Assembly (NCBI RefSeq): GCF_009914755.1
Contig: NC_060946.1
DNA: 64,000 bases
Strand: one strand, 5' to 3'
Source of the DNA: the human T2T-CHM13v2.0 reference genome, Homo sapiens
A program made the position numbers and the translations under genes. Within the stretch, counting starts at the first letter, position 1. Each line of letters opens with the position of its first letter. Positions 50,762-64,000 of this stretch are shown piece by piece. Under the pieces are notes generated by a model. That model did not search any database and was not told the DNA's origin. It worked only from the letters and a program-made list of their open reading frames with translations.

Positions 50762-51316
50762 CTTAAACACACTGACAGATACTGAAGAATGCAGAAAATG
50801 GTATGAATGTGAATATCTGACTTTATACCGTGTCCTAGTGGCAGCAAACCCAAACAAAACCGAAGTGCTTTGTTTTGATCACATTCGTTGGGCTTCAGAT
50901 GTCAACTAGGAACAGCTTTGGCTTGTGTTTGCAGCTTTTCCTCTGTTGCTTTTTCCCACCCTTAGCTTAATAACAGTGATCTGGTCCTGTTAAACGTGGG
51001 TGTGGACTCATGCCATGACTGACTTGCTTCTCTATAGCTTTTCTAGTGCCGTATTTGCCTTGTCTAGAATATCCTGCCTGCCATATCTGATTCCTTTTCT
51101 AAGACTCATACTCAGGCCGGGTGCAGTGGCTCACTCCTGTAATCCCAGCACTTTGGGAGGCCACGGCGAGCAGATCACCTAAGGTCAGGAGTTCAAGACC
51201 AGCCTGGATAATATGGCAAAACCCCGTCTCTACTAAAAATACAAAAATTAGCCGGGCATGGTGGCGGGCGCCTGTAATCTCAGCTACTCGGGAGGCTGAG
51301 GCAGGGGAATTGCTTG

Positions 51317-54009
51317 CGTCCATGGCACTGAGGAACCTTCTCTCCTGCATGGCCCCCTAACCCCCTGCTCTGTCATATGACAGACGCCCAAAGACCATGC
51401 TGCTTCTCTGCAGCCATCTGATGACACCATGTTACCTGGCAGTGTCCATTCCCCTGGTGCCAGTCTCAGTAGCATGGCGGCACCTCAGGTGGGAGCCTCC
51501 CCCCCATCTGCCCACTGCCCTCCTGTACTTACTATGGATTCTCCTCTCCTTTCACAGGTAGCTTGTTCCCTAGTGCCAAGTGCCCTTCCTGGGACCGGGC
51601 TGGTGGAAGGCTCACACTGGGCTTTTCCTTGTGGTCTGGGGAGACGGAAGATTGTTGGAATGAGCTTGGGAGCTTGGCTCACCCCGTCCTGGGTGATTCT
51701 TACCAGAAATTGAATGACCACCTCATATGTTTCTTCCCACACAGAATCATGATGCTGACACTGGCCTCAATCTCATGGATGAAACCAAGTGTCTCCCATC
51801 GGGGCAGCAGTCTCTAGGCCAAGGGAGTCAGGGAAGCCACTGCTCATGACCTCCTTTCCCATCGAGCCACCTGCATCCCTCACCCCTGTGTCTCCACCTC
51901 CAGGACTTTCTCATCGACGGAGAGCCTGCGACAACTCTCCCAACAACTCAATAGTCTTGTTTGTGAGGTACCTCAGGAATTGAGGGGGGTGCGGGGGGAA
52001 GGAAAGTATGATAGAAACTGAGGCAGGGATTCACGAGAGAGAGGGGAGATCCTGGGACCAGCCGATTTGCTGGGCAGTGTTGAGGAAGTCACCTCTTCCC
52101 TGAGCCTTCTCCCTGGAAGCTGTTCACAGGGAGGAGGTGGACCCCGTGACTGGCTGCATCATTTTATGCTGCCGCAGAAGAACCGGATGAGAGTTGCTCG
52201 GGAGGGAGGGATGGTGGGGAGGTAAGAACCATGAGAGACGTTGGCACAAAGGGGTTACGGGACGAAGGGTCCAAGTTAGGCAGAAAAGTAAATGTTGCCA
52301 GTTGATGGGGAAGAAAGGAAGTCAGAGGGCTTAGACACTGGGGGACAGAACATCTCAGGTGCAATCTCCTCTCTCGTAGTCAACAACATCTGTCAAAGGG
52401 GAGGGCCTGCATCGTCTGCTAACCTGAAGGATCTGGAGGTGAGAGTTCCGGAGCCATAGCCCAGTGTCCCTGCAGCCCAGCCCTCCAACCTCCATCCCAC
52501 AGCGGGGGCTGGGTGCCCCTCTGCCAGCTGAGGGAGCCCACACAGCTCCCAACCCTAATGCCTCCTCCCATAGAGCAGGCTGGATGCCCCTCTGCCAGCT
52601 GAGACAGCCCACACAACCCCCAGCCCTAATGATTGCTCTACCTGTCCTCACAGTCCTCTTCCACCTCCTCTCTGCATGCACCTCAGGATGAGAGGCTGTG
52701 GGAGCAGGAGAAGACACAGGAAGAGGAGAGGCTGCAGGAGCTGGGCATAAGGCCGAGCTCTGGGGGGAGCAGGTGAAGGCGCGCGTGCAAACCCTGGAGG
52801 CCATGCAGACCGAGCTCACCACCGTCAGCTGTGCGCTCTCCTAGAACCACGAGCTGGAGGAGCAGCTGGCCGAGCTGCAGAGCGGCTTCAAGGAGCTGGT
52901 GCTCAGCCCCACCTGGGGAGCCTCCCCTTCTCCCTAGCCCTCTGGGTCTTTGTTTCCCCACCTGTGAAATGGGCGTTGTAGCCCTCACGTGAAATGGTAC
53001 TTCTGAAGGCACCTGTGAGCCAGAGCCCTGCTCGGATGGCTGTTGGGGAGGGGGGATGGTTTTTCTCTAACCTGCCTCCACCCTTCCTGGGGCCATGGGA
53101 GACAAAAGGCAGACACCAAGTTCTGGGGTCTCCAGCTGCAGTGGGTGGCCACTGATTGCTTCTCTCTGTCCGGAACAAGGAGAACATGGAGATAGCCAGT
53201 CCGTTGCAGTCGGAGCTGCATGGCAAGAAGGAGCTGCAGGAGAAGCTGGGCTGAAGGAGACGGTAACCCTGCCCCATACAAAAAGGGCTAGGAGGTGGGT
53301 ACCAGCCCCTGGGGAGGGGAGGTATGAGGTCAGAGGCAGCTCCAGCGTGGGGGACAGTGACCCCAGCGCCCTCCAGGGCAGTCCTGTGACTGTTTCTTGC
53401 TTTCTGCCCTCTGACTTTTAGAGGCGGGTAGCCCCGGGTCTGGACATCATCATACTGAATAGAGGCATGGAGCTGTCCAGTTATAGGGAAAGAGACAGTG
53501 GTATAAGAGGCTCCTTAGATTCAAAGTGGATACCGGCCTTGGCTCCACTGGTCACCATTCAACTACTTTGCATCTCTAAGTCTCGGTTTCATTAGTTAAA
53601 AAGGAAGTTAGCATCTTCCTCGCAGAGGTGCTGAGGATTAAGTGGGATAATACGTGGAAACACTAGGCATGTCGCACACTTAGCAGATGGTGCTTGGCTC
53701 CCTCTGCGTTTCCACCAGTCTGTGGCCTACAGTTCAAATGGTGGGAAGAAGGCTGTGAGATCTGAGGCTGGGGAAGGAGGCATGGAGCTCTAGGCAAGGG
53801 AGGCCGTCACTGAGGCCTAGAGCAAGGGGCCAGGGGCCTGGAGAGGTGAAAGAGTCCCACAGAGCCCTCGCTACCTTATTTATGGGCCCAGAATCTGGAA
53901 GCCAGCCACCACCTGCCTTTACGCCCAGGATCTTCTGCAGGTGGAACTGAAGAGCCAAGAGACTCAGAGTCTGCAGGGAGACCAATACCTGGGACACCTG
54001 TAGCAGTAC
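51317..54009 (+). pseudogene. GOLGA2P4: Unprocessed (duplicated) GOLGA2/golgin pseudogene fragment, 7 exon remnants
   Basis: AG/GT-bounded exons: 51384-51488 (TPKDHAASLQPSDDTMLPGSVHSPGASLSSMAAPQ), 51745-51788 (NHDADTGLNLMDETK), 51904-51967 (TFSSTESLRQLSQQLNSLVCE), 52380-52438 (..GEG/ASSANLKDLE, 59 nt, frameshift) and 52688-52898 (..ELWGEQ..EQLAELQSGFKEL, stop/frameshift). Also about 53173-53261 (ENMEI..., degenerate acceptor) and 53941-54009 (VELKSQE...YLGHL*). The symbol is from memory. Confidence 0.9.
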
Positions 54010-55740
54010 CCAAGGGCACTGACTTCCATCCAGCCCAGGCGTCTTCCGTTCAGTCCCCCTGCCTCCCTCACTGGTCTGTGCCTCCGGAGTGCCGGCTGCC
54101 CCGCAGGCTCTCTCCAGGCTGAGTTTGTGGCCCTGCCCCATCATGGCCAGAGCCGGCTTCACAGGATGAGAGCCAGCTAAGCTCCAGGAGCTTTCCAGGA
54201 AAAGTGTCCCTTGGAAACACCTTTTCAAGGTGAAAGGTGTTCCTTTTCACCGTTCCCAACAGCACCCTAGTAATGGCGTGGCCCTTTCCCTCCCCTGAGC
54301 TCTGCGGAGAACACAACCAGCAGGAGACATTCCCTGTTATCAAGAAATGAGTTTGATTCCCAGCCGAGGGACAGCAGGACTGGTAGAGACCGTCAGGCCA
54401 CACGGCTGCCTGCACAGCACTCCAATACTTGGCAGGGGGCAGGAGGGGTGGCAGGAGCTGGCTGTCCAAAGGCTGGGCACGGCAGGGAGGCTCACTGGAG
54501 GCGGCGCATTTTGGAGGGGGGATGTCAAGGGACAGCGTTCTCTTGTAGTTGGACCACAAGACTCCACAAGGACAGCATGGTGACTGATGCCCAGCGCTAG
54601 AGGCGAGGCGGTCGGCCATGTGTAGGTGTGTCTATATATGAGTATTGATAGATATTTATAGAACAGGGCAGGGCGTACAACAGAGGCACAAGTTTTCACC
54701 AGTGGTCACACCTGGATGTGTCAGCTCACCACGACAGCAGACTAAGTCACAGATGAAGGGGGCTGGCTTTGGGGCTGGGGGAGCCACTGTTAAGTCACAG
54801 AACAACCGTCCAGGCAGGCTGGGAAAGGGAGGTCACCGAGAAGAGGAGGGATCTGTTTAGAGGTCGAAGGGCTTGGGGCTCTCTTGCCTGACTCGATCTA
54901 TCAGCTGGCAGCTGGAGAGAAAGCGGAGAGAAAACGGGAGAGAGAAAAGTGAGGAGAGCTGGTAAGGCAAGTGCAGCACATGGTGGGAGGGCCCGGGACG
55001 GGAGGGAGAGGGAAGGGTGCACGTGCAGGTGCAGGTACAGGTGGGGATGTGGCAAGGTTCCTGGAAAGGAGGGGCTGGAAGAGAAAGGGGAGGATGATGG
55101 AGGATTCGGAGCTTCACAGGTAGCACCTGGGGGCTGTGGCGGCCCTCCCGACCCCACACACGCTGGCCTTTCCCACGGCACCCAGGCAGTGCACCCACAG
55201 TTCAGACCGATCTCAGCCCCCTCGGGCTTCCCTCTTCTCTGGTCACCCTGTCTTCCAACCCACTGGCTCAGGGCTACCCCTTGCCGTGGAGAGCCCCACG
55301 CAACAGCCACCAGGTCTCATAGAGAAAACACTGCTTGAACCGGGAGGGTGAAGCTAAAAGGGGTCAGAAAGCCCAAGACCCTCTGAAGGGACCCTGGGGG
55401 AGGCAGGGAGGGCAGGCAGCCGGATGCCAGTGGCCATAGACTTGTAAGTCTAAGTGGGGAGCCTTAGCTGGTCGGGGTGGGGTGGCTGCAGGTGAGGCTG
55501 GGGTCTGTCTTCCTGCTGGGAAAAGCAGAAGAGCAAGAGTCAGTGGCCGGGGAAGTTGGCGGGCTCGCTGGGCAGAGCTCAGCCGGGCCAGCAGGCACCG
55601 TGGTCCCCTTGGCTGAATAGCATAGGCAGCTCCTAGGAGCAACAGGCCAAGGTGCGTGAGCTGCCGGCTGGCTACGTTCCTTCTGCTGGGGCCAAGGACA
55701 CTGCCTTCAGTCACACGCTAGCAGGTATGTCAGTACCAGG
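54010..55740 (-). pseudogene. DNM1P18: DNM1 (dynamin-1) 3'-end pseudogene fragment: last intron, terminal exon and 3' UTR
   Basis: The minus strand has a polypyrimidine-AG acceptor near 54912, then ...RQESPKPFDL* (DNM1 C-terminus RPESPRPPFDL), stop at 54857, followed by a DNM1-like 3' UTR. The paralog number is from memory and the outer boundary is approximate. Confidence 0.8.
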
Positions 55741-55794
55741 AGGGAGGCAAGACCTCATTTCTATAAAAAAGATAAAACCTGGCACGGTGGCTCA

Positions 55795-56085
<291 letters not shown>

Positions 56086-56791
56086 TTAGCCCGGTGTAGC
56101 GGTACACACCTGTGGTTCCAACTACTTAGGAGGCTGAGGCAGGAGGATCGCTTTAGCCCAGGAGGCTGAGGCCGCAGTGGGCCATGATTGCTCCACTGCA
56201 CTCCAGCCTGGGCAAGAGCAAGACCATGCCTCAAAAACAAAAACAAACAAAGAAAAAGAGACAAGGAGGAGGGAGATTACATCTTGATTTTCCCTACACT
56301 TTAATTGAAATTCAGCATTTCCTTCCATGGTGAATGTTGCTGGGAACAAACCTCATTAGTGTTAGCAGCACCTGTTACCTTGTTACCAATAGAAATCAGA
56401 TATTTTCATGTTACATTGCAGCTGTTGCAGACATCTTGAGATATCACTTTTGCTCATTATTACCTCAAAATTATAGTAATTAGACCCAACTCTGGATCTT
56501 ATTTAACGTGCCAGTAAAGCATATCATGTAATATCAGAAATATTTTCATAAACTCTACAAGATTTATATACATTGCTGTGTTTTATTTTGTGCACTTAAA
56601 ATAAAAATCTGAGGCCAGGCCAGGTGCAGTGACTCACGCCTGTAATCCCAGCACTTTGGGAAGCCGAGATGGGTGGATCACAAGGTCAGGAGATCGAGAC
56701 CATTCTGGCCAAGATGGTGAAACCCTGTCTCTACTAAAAATACAAAAATTAGCCTGGCGTGGCAGTGCGCGCCTGTAATCCCAGATATTCA

Positions 56792-56893
<102 letters not shown>

Positions 56894-56997
56894 TCAAAAA
56901 AAAATCTGAGGCCTGATTACAGGCACAGTGGCTCATGCCTGTAATCCCAGCACTTTGGGAGGCTGAGGTGGGCGGATTGCCTGAGCTCAGGAGTTCA

Positions 56998-57228
<231 letters not shown>

Positions 57229-57386
57229 CTATGACTTCACTGTGTCTGTTTCTCCATCTATAAAAATAGAAGGGAGAAAAGGTACCTACCCGGGCCGGGC
57301 ACGGTGGCTCATGCCTGTAATCCCAGCACTTTGGGAGGCCGAGGCAGGCGGATCACAAGGTCAGTAGATCGATACCATCCTGGCTA

Positions 57387-57702
<316 letters not shown>

Positions 57703-58217
57703 TCAATAAACATCAGTGGCCATCATGATTCACCCACAGCTGCAAGTCATCCCCGCGACTGGGAAGTCCTCAGAACTCAGAGTCCCTGTCCCTGGCAAAA
57801 TTTCCCTGTCCTAGGTTCTCCTCTGTCAAGAGACTGCTTTTCCTATAGCGCGAATAGATGGTCATGGATTATTCCACAAATGACTCTCTACTGAAGGTGT
57901 TCAGCCTGGCTTGCCCTTTCAGGAAGCAGGTTGAGGTTTCTCCAGAAAGTTGCCCAGAAGTAGTGTCTCTCCAGCTGTTGCGACGACAGCTGGCTGAACG
58001 TGCCCTAACCCAGCCCTGACTCTTGCTTCTTTTGAGCCTGTGCAGCAGCCGTGTTCATTACCAAGTGCTGCCGGCAGAGCCTGGTGGTGGAACGCCAAAG
58101 TGTGTGTTTCAGTAAATGCTCGTCACGTGCCTGCGTTAGTCTATGCACGCTACATTTTCGTAGCCCTCAGTTATTTCATTAATAGGCCTGAACTAGTTCT
58201 ATAATATTGGGGAGTGA

Positions 58218-61300
<3,083 letters not shown>

Positions 61301-62657
61301 TTCTGCCAGAACCCTCCCAGAACAGTGCCTCACTGCCTGTGTCAGGAGAAAGGCAGGCCTCCACCACCACCTCCTCGCTGTCCTCCTGGCCCTCACCCCC
61401 TTCCTCTCCAATGTAGCCTCCCCTCTGACTGCCCCTGGAGGGTGGCAGAGTGTGGCAGTTTAGTGGGTTGGGTGCCCAGACCCTCTGCTTCCTGACTGAG
61501 GGGCCTTGGGTGGCTCATTTTCCCTCTCTGAACCTCAGTGTCCTCCTCTGTGAAGTGGGAACGACAATCCTGCCTGCCTCTAAGCGCTGGTGTGAGGACT
61601 GCGTGTGCTCTCACACGTGCAGGCTCAGCCTGTGCCCCACACATCCTCAGAGCTCAGCAAGTGCCAGCTGCTGCTGGCCTGCAAACCCAACCATGGCGTC
61701 AAGGCTGTCCTACCGTCCACACCCTTCCTAGCAGGCTCAGGAAAAGCCTGGACGAGAAAATGCATCAAGGGGCAGGCCCCGCTCCCTGCCCCTGGCACCA
61801 GTCTCGCCACTGCTCCTGTCCTTTGCTCCCTCTGCCACCGCCCACCCCGGGGCCTCTGCACGGCCACACTCCTCACCTCGGACACTCACTTCCATACTGC
61901 CTGTCCAGGCCCAGCCGCAGGACCCCCTCTGCTGGTGGCTCTGCCTTCTCTGCTCCCCTCCGGTTCTCTGTTCCCCTAGTAGTCCTGAAGTAAGTTGTCC
62001 CTCCCCCAAGCTGCCAGTCCCACTCCCGTCCCCCTCTTTCCTCACCAACAGATTCTGATTTTGTTCAAGGCAGCAATGGGACCTGCTGAAAACACACCCC
62101 GTTGCCACTCCCTTGCAACTAGGGGGGCCTGGGACGCAGTTCTGGCTGGGGAGAAAAAGGCACAAGTCCCTCGCTGGGAGTCAGCCCTTTCTCCTCTCCT
62201 TGTTCTTGCGCAGAGGCCTGGAAGGGAGGATGCCATCTGTGACAAGCAGGAGGGGAGGGCTGGTGTGGCAAGGACAGTGCGGTTAAGGGCAAGCCAGCTC
62301 AAGTCCTGCCAGCTTGGATGGTACACCTGGGACTTCCTACCTGCGACAATAACCCGTCTGCTCCGGCCCCCACAGGGACCAGCCTCTGCATACACTCTTC
62401 AGTGGTCCGCCTGTGAAGCCAATTTGCTGAAAGACGACTCCCAAAATGTCTGGTGCTTCCAACGTATCTGTCAGTCTTCACCTCTATTTAAAGACACCGG
62501 TAGTAGATGAAATGGGTTTCCTAGCTCTCTGGAAGGTATCTGCCGAGTTCTCCAGTTTCCATTTTGCCATCTTAATAGCATTTTAAGGAATGCTCAAATG
62601 TCTCTATCTATCTCAGATTCCTGATTCTGAGACCCTGAGGACACTGAGTGTCAAAGA

Positions 62658-62860
62658 TGGGAGGACTGAGGGGAAAAGGGGAGGACTAAGAGACGGGGTA
62701 GGGGAGATCGAGAGGCAGGTGGGGAGACTGAGGGGCGGGGGGAAGGGGGATGAGGAGCCTGAGGGGCAGGGGGGAAACCGAGGGGCAGTGGAGAGGGGCT
62801 GGGGGGAGACTGAGGGGCAGGGGGGAGACCGAGGGGAAGGGGAGGGGCAGTGGGGAGGGG
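62658..62860 (+). repeat. Degenerate G-rich minisatellite of about 19-20 bp units (GGGGGAGACYGAGGGGCAG)
   Basis: Repeated G-tract units; G-quadruplex potential on the + strand. Confidence 0.8.
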
Positions 62861-63440
62861 CATGGAAGGCACATGACAGGCACCTTCAGCTAAGGCTCTG
62901 GGAGTGGGGAGTCAATCCCCTCCCTTCCTCTTTTTTTTTTTTCTTTTGAGACAGGGTCTTGCTCTGTCATCCAGGCTGCAGTGCAGTGTCCAGGTCGTAG
63001 CTCATTGCAGCCTTGACCTCCTGGGCTCAAGGGATCCTCCTGCTGCAGCTTCCTGAGTAGCTGGAATTACAGGCACATGCCACTGCACCCGGCTGAATTT
63101 TTTCTTTTTTGGTAGAGGCGGGGTCTTGCTGTGTTGTCCAGCCTGGTTTCAAACTCCTGGGCTCAGGCAATCCTCCCGCCCCAGCCTCCTAAGGTGCTAG
63201 GATTACAGGTGTGAGCCGCCTCACCTGGCCCAACATCCCCATTTTCAACCGGGACACCCCGCCTTGCTCCTGTGCTACAAACAACATCCCAAATTCATCA
63301 CAACTGCACAGCAGGCCCCGCACGCACGCTAAATCCACGTCCACCTACAGTCACCACAATTCAAACGTTCATCAATGTCACACCAAAAACCTCGACTTAC
63401 GATGACTTATTACGAAAGCTTTCAGGGAAAAATGTAGGCA

Positions 63441-64000
63441 ATGCCATCTGCTGCAAGTGTTTATTCTATTTAGAAGTCTACAAATTTGAGCTTTTAAGAA
63501 AGATTCACAAAATATTCATTCAAAACCACATTTTTGGCTTATCAAATTTCAAATATATTTTACTGTGCTGAACAATATATTCTAATGCTGTCTAAAACAC
63601 AGCTAAATTATTTTTCTTTATTTGTTTATACACATTCGGTAATTTCTGAAAAGCAAGATTTAAAAATATTTATTAACAAAACTACCCAATTACAATGACT
63701 GTTCTCCCATACACGCAACTATTTTCTGTAGCTGTATCTTCTTACCTCATTCCACTTTAACTCTGTATACCGTATTGATTTGTGATGAGATGATTTATTA
63801 TGAGAACTCTTAGGGAGTTCTCATCTTCCATTTCTCATCAATTCAAACAGCAACACCTTTCACAAGATAACATTAATTCCCTTGGCAGGGCAGAAGCTTA
63901 AGTTTGTTAAAAGCACTCACTGAAAAACATTTTTAAATTTATAGGTCATATAAAATAATTTACAAAGAGACAGATGACTTCAAATATTATTTGGCAGTCA
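63441..64000 (-). other. ARFGAP3: Distal 3' UTR of a minus-strand gene continuing beyond the window, probably ARFGAP3
   Basis: Abrupt shift to AT-rich, repeat-free sequence ending in a canonical poly(A) cassette. The identity is inferred from recalled 22q13.2 gene order, not from coding sequence. Confidence 0.65.
63460..63465 (-). terminator. Polyadenylation signal AATAAA with an upstream UGUA and a downstream U/GU-rich element
   Basis: The + strand has tttatt at 63460-63465. TGTA lies on the minus strand at 63479-63482. The minus-strand downstream sequence includes CATTTTTCCC...GGTTTTTGGTGTG. Confidence 0.7.

Noticed and set aside
62658-62860. G-rich Pol II pause/termination element downstream of the poly(A) site
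   Set aside because: The G-rich strand is the template for the minus-strand gene, so the nascent RNA would be C-rich, the wrong polarity for the classic model.

Overview
Primate, very probably human, intergenic DNA. It is GC-rich and extremely Alu-dense, and I found no intact protein-coding exon. The recognisable content is: (1) a dense field of ERV solo LTRs at 3.1-15.7 kb (MER41A-like, MER34-family, HERV-H LTR7, MER48-like, MER61A-like and others), often nested with Alus; (2) a minus-strand SVA carrying a short 5' extra tag (16.8-18.3 kb); (3) a Y1 RNA retropseudogene (29.8 kb); (4) a full-length RPL5 processed pseudogene with one nonsense codon, at codon 179 (43.3-44.3 kb); (5) an old duplicated mosaic of intron-containing GOLGA2 (+), DNM1 (-) and ADAMTS7 (-) fragments, the gene set of the chromosome 15 LCR15/GOLGA duplicons (51.3-61.3 kb); (6) the polyadenylated 3' UTR end of a minus-strand gene (63.4-64.0 kb). 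The content and order match my recollection of 22q13.2 between A4GALT and ARFGAP3; that assignment is from memory and needs BLAT confirmation. Most ORFs in the supplied track are Alu, SVA or antisense artefacts. I found no convincing new biological system. The best leads are the fossil GOLGA2-DNM1-ADAMTS7 duplicon, the RPL5 pseudogene carrying the DBA-type R179X change, a six-copy KLF-box array in LTR7, and the SVA 5' tag.
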